A DNA stretch of 63,258 bases, filler included, from Chiloscyllium plagiosum (taxonomy: Eukaryota): NCBI RefSeq assembly GCF_004010195.1. It is 4 parts of one record of this genome, joined end to end, with 100 filler letters (N's around TTAATTAATTAA, not from the genome) between each part and the next. Parts side by side here need not be neighbours in the genome. Positions count along the whole stretch, not along the records: positions 29,004 to 43,979 come from NC_057715.1; positions 44,080 to 60,025 come from NC_057715.1; 2 more parts are not named here. One strand, given 5' to 3'. The notes under the pieces were generated by a model. The model was not told where the DNA came from and did no database searches. It saw only the letters and a list, made by a program, of their open reading frames with translations. A program made the position numbers and the translations under genes. Shown here piece by piece: positions 38,985 to 51,870 of this stretch. Position 1 is the stretch's first letter; each line of letters starts with the position of its first letter.

Positions 38985-40460
38985 AGAGTCATAGAGTCAT
39001 AGAGATGTACAGCATGGAAACAGACCCTTCTGTCCAACTCGTCCATGCCAACTAGATATCCCAACCCAATCTAGTCCCACCTGCCAGCACCCGGCCCATA
39101 TTCATATACCCATCCAACTGCCTCTTAAATGTTGCAATTGTACCAGCCTCCACCACTTCCTCTGGCAGCTCATTCCATACACGTACACTCTCTGCGTGAA
39201 ATAGTTGTCCTGTAGGTGTCTTTTATATCTTTCCCCTCTCACCCTAAACCCATGCCCTCTACTTCTGGACTCCCCGACCCCAGGGAAAAGACTTTGCCTA
39301 TTTACTCGATCCATGCCCTTCATGATTTTGTAAACCTCTACTTCCCTGACAGCTCATTCCTGTGTGTGGCAACCTGTGTGTGGCAAAATTTCTCCATAGA
39401 TTCCTTTTAAATCGTTCTCCTCTCACTTAAACCTATGCCGTCTAGTTCTGGATTTCCCCACCTCAGGGAAAAGACCTTGACTATTCACCTATCCATATCC
39501 CTTGTGATTTTGTCAACCATCAGCCTCTGATGCTCCAGGGAAAACTGCCCCAGTCTATTCAGCCTCTCCCTATAGCTCAAATCCTCCAACCTTGGCAACA
39601 TCCTTGTAAATCTTTTCTGAACCCTTTCAAGTTTCACATCCTTCCTGTAGCAGGGAGACCAGAATTGCATGTAGTATTCCAAAACTGGCCTAAAAAATGT
39701 CCTGTACAGCCACAACATGACCTCATAACTTCTATACTCAATACACTGACCAATAAAGGAAAGCATACCAAACGCCTTCTGCACTATCCTATCCACCTAT
39801 GACTCCACTTCCAAAGAGCTATGAACCCGCACTCCAAGGTCTTTTTGTTCAACAACACTCCCAGGGCCTTACCATGAAGTGTATAAGTCCTGGCCTGATT
39901 TGCCTTCCCAAAATGTAGCATCTCATATTTATCTAAATTCAACTCCATCTGCCACTTCCCAGCCCATTGGTCCATCTGATCAAGATTTCACTGACTCTGT
40001 TGTTGTGGAGAAAGTGAGGTCTGCAGATGCTGGAGATCAGAGCTGAAAATGTGTTGCTGGAGAAGCGCAGCAGGTCAGGCAGCATCCAGGGAACAGGAGA
40101 ATCGACGTTTCGGGCATTAGCCCTTCTTCAGGAATGTTGTTGTCCAGTACACCTTCAGTTTTGGTATCATTTGCAAACTTACTAACCATACATCTTATGC
40201 TCACATCAAAATCATTTATATAAAATAACCCTCCACCACCAATCTTTGTTTCCTACCTTTGAGCCAGTTCTGTACCCAAATGGTTAGTTCTCCCTGTATT
40301 CCGTGTTGATCTAACCTTGTTAACCAATCTACGATGTGGAACCCTGTTGAACACCTTACCGAAGTCCATATAGCTCACGTCCATTACTCTGCCTTAATTA
40401 ATTCTCTTTGTTACTTCTTCAAAAGACTCAATCAAGTTAGTGAGACACGATTTCCCACTC
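38985..40460 (-). mobile_element. Stacked CR1 3' and RT fragments
   Basis: (ATAGAGTC)n tail at 38985; ORFs 39485-39796 (RPVLEYYMQFWSP) and 39784-39975 (WQMELNLDK). The 3' region occurs twice. Confidence 0.9.
40007..40134 (-). mobile_element. PLE family A terminal fragment with intact hammerhead core (40100-40135)
   Basis: TSD TGTTGTTGT (39998-40006 / 40135-40143); minus CTGAAGA-A-GGGC-TAAT-GCCC-GAAACGTC. Confidence 0.85.
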
Positions 40461-40619
40461 ACAATTTCATGAATACACTGAACAAGAGAAGCTGGGTTGT
40501 TGGGCAGGATAGATGGATAAAGAAATGCAAAGCCATGACAGGATTTTAACTCAAGGCCAGAATTCTAAACTTTAAACAATGAGGATCAGGAGGCCTGGGT
40601 GAACAGACTACAATGCAAG

Positions 40620-41267
40620 TATCACAAAGCTGGTCCCTTTTTTTCTCAAAACTATGCCTTGGTTCAAGGAGACTCTGTCCTTGATATTTTTCATAGGGGT
40701 AATAAACTGGGCCGGGCTCCGATCAGTCTGATTTGGTACAGAGATGGAAAGGATTTTGAAAGTCCTTTGGTTTATATGTAAACAGATGAGACTTCAGGCC
40801 AAAGTGGTCATGTTTTAGACGTGTCCTGTACAAAGGAAAGGGAGTGGTCAGCTCTATAGCTGAGCTGAGCAGTTTTGGTTCAGTCTTGAACTGTTTGGAA
40901 GTTCAACAGGGAGCTGTGTGGTAACTCTCTCTCTCTTTTCTGTCCTTCAACTTCAATCTGTAAGCATGTCTTCCATTTCTACTGGGCTTTAAAGGGAGTT
41001 TGCTTATTGGGACTGTTGTGTATATTCAGAACAGCATAATTAAGTCTAGTTGAATAGGTTGAGTTCTGTAGGGGTTCTTTATTCTGCTCTTTATGTTTCA
41101 TTGTGTAATTTTGTGAATAACTTTTTGTCTGTTTTAAAATCTAGTAGTCAACCTAGCTAACTTAATCCGGGAAATTTTCACTGTACACTTACCAAAACAA
41201 ATTGCAAAATTATGGTCTGAGCTGCCTGCTTAAGAATGTTTTGAGTGGTCTGGCCTAGTCCATAACA
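40620..41267 (+). mobile_element. Solo LTR (same family as 54564-55205)
   Basis: Ends in CCATAACA; AATAA near 41116; near-TSD CAAG/CAGG; shared TGTACAA(A)GGAAAGGG(G)AGTGG and GGTCTG(A/G)GCT blocks with the second copy. Confidence 0.7.
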
Positions 41268-41411
41268 CAGGAAAGGATCCTTCAAAAATATGGCTACTGC
41301 AGATATGCTAAAAATGTCAGTGCTGCAGTGATGTCATATCACATGGAATTGGAGACTTGGCCTATAGGGTTCCAAGTAAGATGTCCTCGCTTACCATCCT
41401 TTTAATATAAT

Positions 41412-42938
41412 TATAGTCATAGAATCATTGAATCCTTACAGTGTGGAACCAGGCCATTCAGTAAAGCCTGTTGCAGATCTCTCATAATAACGTAGATCTC
41501 GCACTACTGCAGATACAGGAGTCACATTTTAGATGAGCCAAGGATCATGAGCCATAGAGGATACAAAGCAATTAAGATAGCATTGGAATAATTGATTCGG
41601 GGGGTGACAAAGTCATACAGTCATATAGCCTTCAACCGACCATGTTTATACTTACCAACAAACACTAAACTACACACATTCTTTTTACCTCCTAACATTT
41701 TAAGTACTCATCCAGCTGCTTCTTAAATGTTACAAGAGTATCTGTCTCACCACCCTCTCTGGCATTCCATATTTCTACTGCGCTCAGGGTGAAAAAGTTC
41801 CTTCTCAGATCTCATCCAAATAACTTGTTTCTCCACCTTCAACTTATGTCCTCTCGTCTTAGACACATCTGACATGGGAAGGAGATTCTCATGAGCTACT
41901 CAATGTCTTGCATAATTTTATATACTTCAATTAGACCCTTCTCTGCTCCAAGGAAAACAAACCCAACCTATGCAGTCTCTCCTCATAGCTGAGAATTTTC
42001 ATCCCAGGCAACATCCTGGTGAATTTCTCCTGCACTCTCTGTCATGCAACCACGTTCATGCGATAATATGGCAAATAGACCTGTACACAGTATTCCATCT
42101 GTGGTGTAAGTTGAAACTTTATTGCTGGAACAGCACAGCAGGTCAGGCAGCATCCAGGGAACAGGAGATTCGACGTTTCGGGCACAGGCCCTTCTTCAGG
42201 AATGAGCAGAGAGTGTTCAGCAGGAGAAGATAAAAGGTAGGGAGGAGGGACATGGAGGATTCACCTATCATACTCTTTGCTACCTTACCCCACCCTCCTC
42301 TCTGACCTATCACGTCCATTCTCACATCCATTCACCTGTTGTACTCTTTGCTACCTTCTCCCAGCCTCACCCCCACCATTTATCTCTCCACCCTGGAGGT
42401 TTCCTGCCTCTATTCCTGATGAAGGGCTTTTGCCCAAAATGTCGATTTTCCTGCTCCTCAGATGCTGTCTGACCTGCTGTGCTTTTCCAACACCACTCTG
42501 ATCCAAACTCTGGTTTCCAGCATCTGCAGTCCTCACTTTTGCCTGCCTTTTTCACTACCTTATTTACCTGTGCTGACACCTTCAGGGTTCCACGGACTTG
42601 TACACCAAGGACACTTTCTTCCTCATATTCCTAGGGACCTATTGTATATATCCATCCCTTATTTGATCTCCCAAAATGCATCAACCTGCACTTAAATTCC
42701 ATGTGCCACTGCTCTACCATTTACCAGCTATTCAACATCAATTTCATTTCATCTGAAAACTTAATAATTATACCTTCCACATACGCATTCATGTTAATAT
42801 ACATAACAAACAGAAAGGGTCCCAGCACTGAATCCTGTGGTACACTGCTGGTCAAAGGCTTCCAATTACAAAAACAACCCTCCACCATCACTCTTTACCT
42901 TCTATTTGGAAGTTAATTTTGGATCCAATTTGCCAACT
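41412..42938 (-). mobile_element. Decayed CR1 3' and RT fragments
   Basis: Similarity to other minus CR1 copies (CTCCAAGGAAAACAA, CCAGGCAACATCCTGGTGAAT, AAACAACCCTCCACCA). Confidence 0.75.
42110..42540. mobile_element. Fold-back PLE family A remnant; intact hammerhead at 42168-42203 (-), mutated one at 42412-42447 (+)
   Basis: Inverted arms; minus CTGAAGA-A-GGGC-CTGT-GCCC-GAAACGTC-GAAT. Confidence 0.8.
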
Positions 42939-43092
42939 TAAAAGGCATCTGGATTGATATAGGAATAGGATTTAAAGGGATATAGGCCAAGTGCTGACAA
43001 ATGGGACTAGATTAGGTTGGGATATCAGGTTGGCATGGACGGGTTGGACTGAGGAATATGTTTTTGTGTTGTACATCTCTACGACTCTATGA
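42938..43092 (+). mobile_element. CR1 3' UTR fragment
   Basis: TTAAAAGGCATCTGGAT...ATGGGACTAGATTAGGTTGGGATATC...TCTACGACTCTATGA. Confidence 0.8.
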
Positions 43093-43720
43093 GTCAATGT
43101 TGCTTGAACCGATATGTACCCCAACTGCTGGCTGTTTTCCCTGCCTGTTCGGAATGTCCCGCAGCCACTCTGAGATATACCAATCCTGACACCAGGGATA
43201 AAACATACCAGGGATAAAACATACCATACCATGTTGTTTGCTGCCACAGAACCGTCGGTCAGTTCTCCTTACAACTGAATCCCCATCACGAAAGCTCTCC
43301 CAGTCTTGTTCCTCCCCTGCTCTGCAGCCGAGTCAACTATTGGGCCACAATGTTAACTGAATGCTGCTTTCCCCTGAGAGGCCAGACCTCTCCCAGCATG
43401 GGGTATTTGTTTGAGAGAGTTTGGCCTTAGGACATTTCTGCACTACCTGCTCAAACTTACTAATCTCCTGGTGGTCACTTTTCTGCCTGTATAGTCCTTA
43501 TTTGTGGTATGACCAGCTCACTAAACATGGTATTCACAACATCCTCAAGCATCATGGATGCTCCATAGTGAGTCCATGCCCAGCTGTAGTTACTCCATCT
43601 AATCAGGAGCTGCAGCTCAACACACATCCTGTATCCATGATCATCACAGACACTGGAAATTTCCCTGATTTCCCAAGTATTGCAGGAGGAGCATTCCATG
43701 GGGCTGAATTCTCCTGACAT
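43093..43720 (-). mobile_element. Decayed CR1 ORF1 fragment (N-terminal Cys-rich motif)
   Basis: Minus ORF 43475-43720 begins MSGEFSPMECSSCNTWEIRE...YRMCVELQLL; the downstream part resembles 700-830. Confidence 0.7.
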
Positions 43721-43842
43721 TGTAAACTTTCACAAATGCAGACAATAAATTACCCAACCTTACCCACTATTCACCAAATCAGACTTTTCTCTTTCTCTGT
43801 CTCTCTGTCTATGCCTAAGAAACTAAACTATGGAGTTTACAG

Positions 43843-43979
43843 TTTCTGGATTAGAGGTGCTGGAAGAGCACAGCAGTTCAGGCAGCATCCAAGGATCAGT
43901 GAAATCGACGTTTCGGGCAAAAGCCCTTCATCAGGAATAAAGGCAGTGAGCCTGAGGCGTGGGGAGATGAGCTAGAGGA
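43843..43979 (-). mobile_element. PLE family A terminal fragment with intact hammerhead core (43903-43938)
   Basis: Minus CTGATGA-A-GGGC-TTTT-GCCC-GAAACGTC; runs into a gap. Confidence 0.8.
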
Positions 43980-44079
43980 NNNNNNNNNNNNNNNNNNNNN
44001 NNNNNNNNNNNNNNNNNNNNNNNTTAATTAATTAANNNNNNNNNNNNNNNNNNNNNNNNNNNNNNNNNNNNNNNNNNNN

Positions 44080-44682
44080 GTGTAGTTTTGTCGCCTTGTC
44101 TGTTTGGCAATGTCACGTAATTGTACTGATGTATCCTGTGTGCAGGCTGTGAGTGTGGACTCCATCTGAATTTCAAGGTTGTGGCGCCTGCTGTAGAGTT
44201 GGTGCACGAGATGATTGAGAAGTTTACGAGAGGTGCGGTGGCAAAGTCTCTCTGCGTAGTGTGTTGTAGGTCGACCTAAGTGGGTTTGTGATTCGTAATC
44301 CTTTCGGGATCCTTCCTACTTGCCTGCATTCCTGTAGATGATTGAGAAGTTTACGAGAGGTGCGGTGGCAAAGTCTCTCTGCGTAGTGTGTTGTAGGTCG
44401 ACCTAAGTGGGTTTGTGATTCGTAATCCTTTCGGGATCCTTCCTACTTGCCTGCATTCCTGTAGACACTTGATGTCTGTGTCGATATGTGCAATCTTCTT
44501 GGAGATCCTCTCCACTTTAAGCCGGCAGTTAGTGGTGTCGATAGTAGTCATGATTTGGAGATGCCGGTGTTGGACTGGGGTGTACAAAGTTAAAAATCAC
44601 ACAACACCAGGTTATAGTCCAACAGGTTTAATTGGAAGCACACTTGCTTTCGGAACGACGCTCCTTCATCAGGTGATTGTGG
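44080..44682 (-). mobile_element. 5' end of an autonomous-type PLE family B element: pseudo-LTR with hammerhead motif followed by the ORF start
   Basis: The terminal repeat (44552-44682) leads into an ATG at 44551: MTTIDTTNCRLKVERISKKIAHIDTDIKCLQECRQVGRIPKGLRI, resembling the PLE N-terminal FLxxCxxxxxIPKGL motif. Confidence 0.75.
44209..44462. repeat. Direct tandem duplication, 2 x 127 bp
   Basis: 44209-44335 appears identical to 44336-44462; AGA microhomology at the junction. Confidence 0.9.
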
Positions 44683-45132
44683 AGGTCATATGTGAGAGAA
44701 ATGATCAACCGAATGTTTAGGCCTATTGAATCCTTTCATCAATTTGTTATAGGAATTCCACAGTGAGTCCCCAATGGTAAAACCTTGTCTTTGTTCATCA
44801 CAGTCCTAAAAGTCTTCATTTAAAAATTATTTTATTTTCAATTTATTAAATGAGGCATTCATCCACAGTAAAGGTAATTTACAGAGAGGAGGGGTGGAAC
44901 AGGAGTCAATCCTACAGGGAATGGGGGAGAAAAGCCCTAGGCAGGAGGCTTTTGTTTACTTCTGTGGCTATATATAATGAACCTGCTCAACCTTTTTTTA
45001 TACACTCATGGGATGTGGGTGTTACACCAAACTTTGTTGCTTTTTATGCTGAAGCTGGCACTAGAAATCAAAAGAATGGCATTATATTTCATTGTTAGAT
45101 CCAAGGTATCTAAGTAGCATTGGGGAGTGGGG

Positions 45133-45460
45133 GGATGGTGACTCAGTGGTTCGCACTGCTGCCTCTCAGCACCAGGGACCCGGGTTTGATTCCAGCCGCA
45201 AGTAACTGGAGTTTGTATAGTCTCTCTGTATCTGTTGTGGGTTTTCTCCAGGTACTCTGGTTTCCATTCACAGGTGTGTAGGTTAGGCGGATTGGCCATA
45301 CTATAATGTTTTGGGATGTGGAGGCTAGATGGATTAGCCACAAAAAATGTAGGGTTACACGGATAGGTAGGGGAGTGGGTCTGGGTAGGATGCTCTTTGG
45401 AGGGTCAGTGTGGGCTTGATGGGCTGAATGGCCTGCTTCCATATGGTAGAGATTCTATGA
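45133..45460 (+). mobile_element. HE1-like SINE, diverged
   Basis: GGTGACTCAGTGGTTCGCACTGCTGCCTC head, B box GGTTTGATTCC, CR1-like tail. Confidence 0.8.
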
Positions 45461-45687
45461 ACATAAGCAAATACCTACTGATGTTCCTGGATTTCAAAAT
45501 TATTCATTTTTCATTTCTACAAAATTGGAAAGGACTTGCCTTTTTGCTGACATTGTAAGCAGGTAACATTCCTGAAAAATTGAATTCAGCTTTGGTTGGA
45601 GATATTGATTACAAAGTTTTGTTTTGAGGCCACGTCAGTTTATTTGATAAGTTGAATACAAGAGGGTAACCCACTAATAAAAACCTG

Positions 45688-47322
45688 GTGTTAGGCCGCC
45701 TGAATGTCGATTTTCTGTGTGCATATAAGACTGAGAAACATCCAAGGACTTGGAAGGACATCAAGAAAAATACTTTTGATCACAGAAATACTGAAAATAC
45801 AAAGTCACCATGGAATGGCAAACGCTGCTTGCACTTATATGGACTGTAAAGCCCAATTTGAGTTTGAAAACTTAAGGCATTGCAAAATTGATGCTGTACA
45901 TGGATATTCAGAAAATTGGTGCAGAGAATCTAATGTAGCATGACTTAAATTTTGCTGAACTCAGACCATTCTCATACACTGTCATTTTTAAAAAGAAAAC
46001 TAATTTATATGTTATATATATAGATACACACACACACACAGGTTTGCGCAAAAATCCCCATATTTTAAAATATTGGACCAAAATTCTGGACTTTTCAAAC
46101 ACTTTTACAAGTAAAAGGGCAGCTGGGTTTAGCTCTGGGAAAAGTACACAGACACAGAACCATTGTTCAGCCTGAAATTCCAATTTACACCTCCACTGGA
46201 GAGAACAATCAACCAGAACTAATACTCTCGACTGAAACTAACTTTTACACTTCAAGCAACGCAGCCCAGACATTCAACTTCAATCAAAATCCATTTACAC
46301 ATACTCTTAACTGTAGGGAGGCCAACTGACTTCAAAAAGAGCACCAGGAGCATAGTGGCAAGCGCAGGTAAGAGGCCCACAATTAGTGTAATTGCAGGCC
46401 CCGAGTTCCCATAAAAGGGCAATTCCTGCAGCTAGGTCCAGAAGAGGGATTCCAGAGGCCTATCTCCCCGAGAGCAATCCCCCAGCATCTATTCCCTAGG
46501 AGACATTCCAAACAGCAATCCCCAGAAGAATTCCAATAGCTAATTCCAGCAGCCATTTCCAAGAGCTATCTCCGGAAGGGGGATTCTGAAGCAATTCCTA
46601 AATCTACTGACAAAGGCCTTTTCCGAGCCAAGGGAACCAACTGTAGCTGACAACGACCAACAGGTATAAGAACTGACAACCCCCGAAAACTACCCAGCTA
46701 ACTGACACCACAAGGACTCAGGCACATCCTGAGATGACAACTGGCTCACAAAACTACCAGAAAGTAAGGAAAACCAAGTACTCACCCAAAAACTCCAAAA
46801 TGTGTCCAATCACATGAGCGAACTCAACCCAGACTGAAGACCTACAGTCTGAGGTCTTCATTGAGGCACTGGATACGGCAAGCAGGAACAGCCATCTGCA
46901 CTTCAAAATCGTGTTTTTCCTCAGTGGTGATCTTAAACTCCCGAGTTCCAACCTAGCTAGCAAGGAGGGAAAGGTGGGTAGTGACAGTGCAGGGAACCTC
47001 AAGAGTAGAAAGCCTAATTAGTTTCTGTGATTAAAACTGCTATTTAGCCACTAATAGTGTTTAACCGGTGTTTAACTGAATAGTGTCCTATTACTGTCCT
47101 CTATATAGTTCGTACCATTTATTACATTTGCCTTTATTTCTTGTATTATACTTACCTTTTCTTTTTAATACATGGAGAGATTTTTTGCCCTGAAACACTA
47201 GTCTATTTCCTTCTTCATTTCATGATCCCTAAATAATTCCAGTGTCCAGAACCAGGGATCTAAGAGTGATTTGAACCATCTAAAAATCAGCAAATTGCTG
47301 AATGCAAACCAGAACCCAACAC
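45688..47322. mobile_element. Candidate 1.6-kb solo LTR or short-TIR element
   Basis: Inverted termini GTGTTAGG / CCCAACAC (7/8) flanked by the direct repeat ACCTG (45683-45687 / 47323-47327); no recognisable coding sequence. Confidence 0.4.
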
Positions 47323-48792
47323 ACCTGAAAGGTAGAGCAGTGCTCTGATGGAGTACATCAAAATATTACTATTGCTTACTCTCAGAAGAGTATGCCAGTT
47401 CAATTTCAGTGATTTGTGGGACATGCTGAAGAGATGTCCTCCAGAAATATCATGATTGCAGAGGCATATCAACAGCTGAATGACAATAACATTGGTGAAA
47501 ATAATCCAGCAGTAGGCCTTGAACAGAGGGCTTCAATGGACACCTCTCACAAAGCATACTCTTTGCACAGATGAAGGTATGTAAGAGGTAGATACAACTA
47601 TAAAAAAAAGAATCTACAAAGAATCTCAATGATCATGGTAAGAAACAGTTCATAGTTGTCAATTTTGATGAAGTAAATGGATCAGGAACATTGAATCTTA
47701 CAACTTCATGGCTAAGTTTCAATCTCATCAATTTAGGTTTCTCTTGACCAGAAACTCAAACATAAATGTAGCTCGTCTGACAGCATTTCTGAGGACATTT
47801 ATTTCTCCCCACCTGTCACTGTTTCCACAGATGCTGCCTGACCTGCTGAGTTTCACCAGCAATCTCTGCTTTTGTTTCAGGTCTCCAGCATCCATAGTTC
47901 TTTGTTTTATTTCTCTTTTCCAGATTGTGAGTTTTCTTATCATATCATCCCAAACTCTTTTCATTAACTACCAACCCTATGGCAATACTTGCATCCAATA
48001 CTAGCTGACTTCTACAACTCACTGTACCTGGATGAACTTGCTACTGCTAGGATATCCCAGAATAGACCAGCAGCCAAAGCTGTAATACCATCTTTAAAAG
48101 CCCATTGAATATCAAAACAAGTACCCGATCTATTTGGACCTGTATTACAAGATTCCTGCCAACATGGCAGATATATATGAAGAAACAGTTGCCTTGCTTA
48201 GTAAACAGGGAGGGGGAGATCCTAAGGGAGAGTGCAGATGGTGCTAGGACATCAGGTGCTATCAGCCTGGTCCATGTTTCTTACCTGGACCAGCGTAGTT
48301 TCAGATGTCTGGAGGAATGCACAGCAATGTAGAAATATAGACTGGGTCTGCAGCATTTGGTCAGGGAGCCAACAAGAGGGCAAAACATATTTGACTTCAT
48401 TCTTACCAATCTACTGACTGCAGGTGTATGTGTCCATGACAGAATCAGTAAGAGTGACCACTGTACTGTGCTTGTGGAGACAAAGTCCTGCCTTCATACT
48501 AGAATACCCTCCACTGTATTGTGTGGCACTATCACTGAGCTAAATGGGACAGACTTCAACAGATATAGCATCTCAAGACTTGGCATCCATGAGTCACTGT
48601 GGGCCATCAACAGGAGCAGAATTGTACTCCAACTGCCCACTCAACCATTGCATCAAGTAAGGTGATCAACCCGGGTTCAAGGAAGAGTTCAGGGGTCATG
48701 CCAGGAGCAGCACCAGGCATACCTGAAAATGAGGTATCAACCTATGAAGTTACCAAACAGACTACTGGTGGAAGTGAAAGTGGAAGTGGAAT

Positions 48793-49067
48793 TCCTATAG
48801 TGTGGAAACAGGCCCTTCGGCCCAAAAGGTCCACACTGGCCTCTCCAAAGAGTGACCCACCCAAACCCATTCCACTAACCTATTATTACTCCTGACTAAT
48901 GCACCTAACCTCCACATCCCTGAACACTACAGGCGATTTAGCATGGCCAATTCACCCAACCTGCACATCTTTGGATTGTGGGAGGAAAACAGAGCACCCA
49001 GAGGAAACCCACGCAGTTACGGAGAGAATGTGCAAACACCACACAGACAGTTGCCAAGGCTGGAATT
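48793..49067 (-). mobile_element. 5'-truncated HE1-like SINE
   Basis: Tail GTGTGGAAACAGGCCCTTCGGCCC and V-domain. Confidence 0.85.
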
Positions 49068-49959
49068 GTATGTGAAATGGAATAAGCAGCAAGTGATAGA
49101 CAGAGCTAAGCAATCCCACAACCAGCATATCAGATCTAAACTCTGCAATCCTGTAGAAAATGGTGGTAGACAATTAAATAACTCAGTGGAGGAGGAGGCT
49201 TCACAACTATCACCATCCTCAATGATGGAAGAGACCAGCACATAAGTGCAAAAGATAAGGCTGAAGCATTTTGTAACAATCTTCAATCAGAAGCATTGAA
49301 TAGATGATCCATCTTGACTTTTCCACTGGTCACCAGAATTATAGATACCAGCCTTCAGCCAATTCGATTCACTCCACGTGATATCAAGAAATGGTTAGAG
49401 ACACTGGATACAATCAACGGGTACAGGCTCTGATAACATTCCTGCAATAGTAATGAAGATTTGTGCTCCCTTAGCCAAGCTGTTCCAGTACAGTTATAAC
49501 ACTGGCATTTACGCACTAATGTGGAAAATCGCCCAGGTATATCCTGTACGTAAAAAGCAGGACAAATCCAACCCAGCCAATTATTGCCCCATCACTACTC
49601 CCGATCATCAGTAAAGTGATGGAAGGGGTCAACAATAGTGCTATCAAGCAGCAGCTGCTCAGCAACAACCTGCTCAGTGATGCCCAGTTTGCCTTTCACC
49701 AGGGGCACTCAACTACTGATCTCATTACAGCCTAGATTAAAATATGGACAAAAGAGCTAAATTCCAGAGGTGAGGTGACAACGCTCCATTTGAATGAGTG
49801 TGGCATCAAGGAGCTCTACCAAAACTGGAATCAATGGGAATCGGGGGGCAAGCCCTCTGCTGGCTGAAGTCATACCTGGCACACAAGAAGTTGGTTGTGG
49901 TTGTTGGAATTCAGTCACCTCAGCTCCAGAACATCTCTGCATGAGTTCCTCAGGGTAGT

Positions 49960-51870
49960 AAAAAATAGGAGAAAGTGAGGACTGCAGATGCTGGAGATCA
50001 GAGCTGAAAAATGTATAGCTGGAAATGCGCAGCAGGTCAGGCAGCATCCAAGGAGCAGGAGAATCGATGTTTCGGGCATAAGCCCTTCTTCCGCCGCCTT
50101 CACCTGTGCACCCAACACGCGGCGAGACATCGAACAATTCTTCCGCCGCCTTCGCCTCTGCGCCTACCTCTTCAACCAGGACCCTCTGACGACCCCTTCT
50201 CCCACCTCCAACACATCCCATCCACCTGGACACCCCGTGCTGGCCTCTTACCCGCCCTCGATCTCTTCATAGCCAACTGCTGCCGCGACATTGACCGCCT
50301 CAACCTGTCCATCCCTCTCACCCACTCCAACCTCTCACCCTCGCAACGTGCAGCCCTCCACTCCCTCTGCTCCAACCCCAACCTCACTATCAAACCAGCA
50401 GACAAGGGAGGAGCTGAGGTAGTTCGGCGCATCGATCTTTACATTGCTGAGGCTAAACGCCAGCTCGCAGGCACCTCCTCCTACTGCCCCCTTGACCATG
50501 ACCCTACCTCCCACCACCAAACCATCATCTCCCAGACCATCCATAACCTCATCATCTCAGGGGATCTCCCATCCACCGCCTCCAACCTCATAGTCCCACA
50601 ACCCCGCACCGCCCGTTTCTACCTCCTGCCCANNNNNNNNNNNNNNNNNNNNNNNNNNNNNNNNNNNNNNNNNNNNNNNNNNNNNNNNNNNNNNNNNNNN
50701 NNNNNNNNNNNNNNNNNNNNNNNNNNNNNNNNNNNNNNNNNNNNNNNNNNNNNNNNNNNNNNNNNNNNNNNNNNNNNNNNNNNNNNNNNNNNNNNNNNNN
50801 NNNNNNNNNNNNNNNNNNNNNNNNNNNNNNNNNNNNNNNNNNNNNNNNNNNNNNNNNNNNNNNNNNNNNNNNNNNNNNNNNNNNNNNNNNNNNNNNNNNN
50901 NNNNNNNNNNNNNNNNNNNNNNNNNNNNNNNNNNNNNNNNNNNNNNNNNNNNNNNNNNNNNNNNNNNNNNNNNNNNNNNNNNNNNNNNNNNNNNNNNNNN
51001 NNNNNNNNNNNNNNNNNNNNNNNNNNNNNNNNNNNNNNNNNNNNNNNNNNNNNNNNNNNNNNNNNNNNNNNNNNNNNNNNNNNNNNNNNNNNNNNNNNNN
51101 NNNNNNNNNNNNNNNNNNNNNNNNNNNNNNNNNNNNNNNNNNNNNNNNNNNNNNNNNNNNNNNNNNNNNNNNNNNNNNNNNNNNNNNNNNNNNNNNNNNN
51201 NNNNNNNNNNNNNNNNNNNNNNNNNNNNNNNNNNNNNNNNNNNNNNNNNNNNNNNNNNNNNNNNNNNNNNNNNNNNNNNNNNNNNNNNNNNNNNNNNNNN
51301 NNNNNNNNNNNNNNNNNNNNNNNNNNNNNNNNNNNNNNNNNNNNNNNNNNNNNNNNNNNNNNNNNNNNNNNNNNNNNNNNNNNNNNNNNNNNNNNNNNNN
51401 NNNNNNNNNNNNNNNNNNNNNNNNNNNNNNNNNNNNNNNNNNNNNNNNNNNNNNNNNNNNNNNNNNNNNNNNNNNNNNNNNNNNNNNNNNNNNNNNNNNN
51501 NNNNNNNNNNNNNNNNNNNNNNNNNNNNNNNNNNNNNNNNNNNNNNNNNNNNNNNNNNNNNNNNNNNNNNNNNNNNNNNNNNNNNNNNNNNNNNNNNNNN
51601 NNNNNNNNNNNNNNNNNNNNNNNNNNNNNNCACCTTCTTGACCTGTAATCTTCTTCCCGACCTCTCCGCCCCCCCCCCCTCTCCGGCCTTTCACCCTCAC
51701 CTTAACCTCCTTCCACCTACCACATTCCCAACGCCCCTCCCTAAAGTCCCTCCTCCCTACCTTTTATCTTAGCCTGCTTGGCACACCCTCCTCATTCCTG
51801 AAGAAGGGCTTCTCCTGCTCCTTGGATGCTGCCTGACCTGCTGCGCTTTTCCAGCAACACATTTTTCAGC
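49960..51870 (+). mobile_element. Penelope-like element family A: inverted 5' terminal fragment, RT region (mostly gap) and 3' pseudo-LTR
   Basis: ORF with SNLSPSQRAALHSLCSNPNLTIKPADKGG...PRTARFYLLP; perfect 14-bp TSD TTCCTCAGGGTAGT (49946-49959 / 51871-51884). Confidence 0.9.

Noticed and set aside
50011..51700. Long ORFs of 358-545 aa (similarly the gap-spanning ORFs at 5743-7233 and 16957-17400)
   Set aside because: Their length comes largely from translating N gaps; the real parts are PLE or CR1 fragments.
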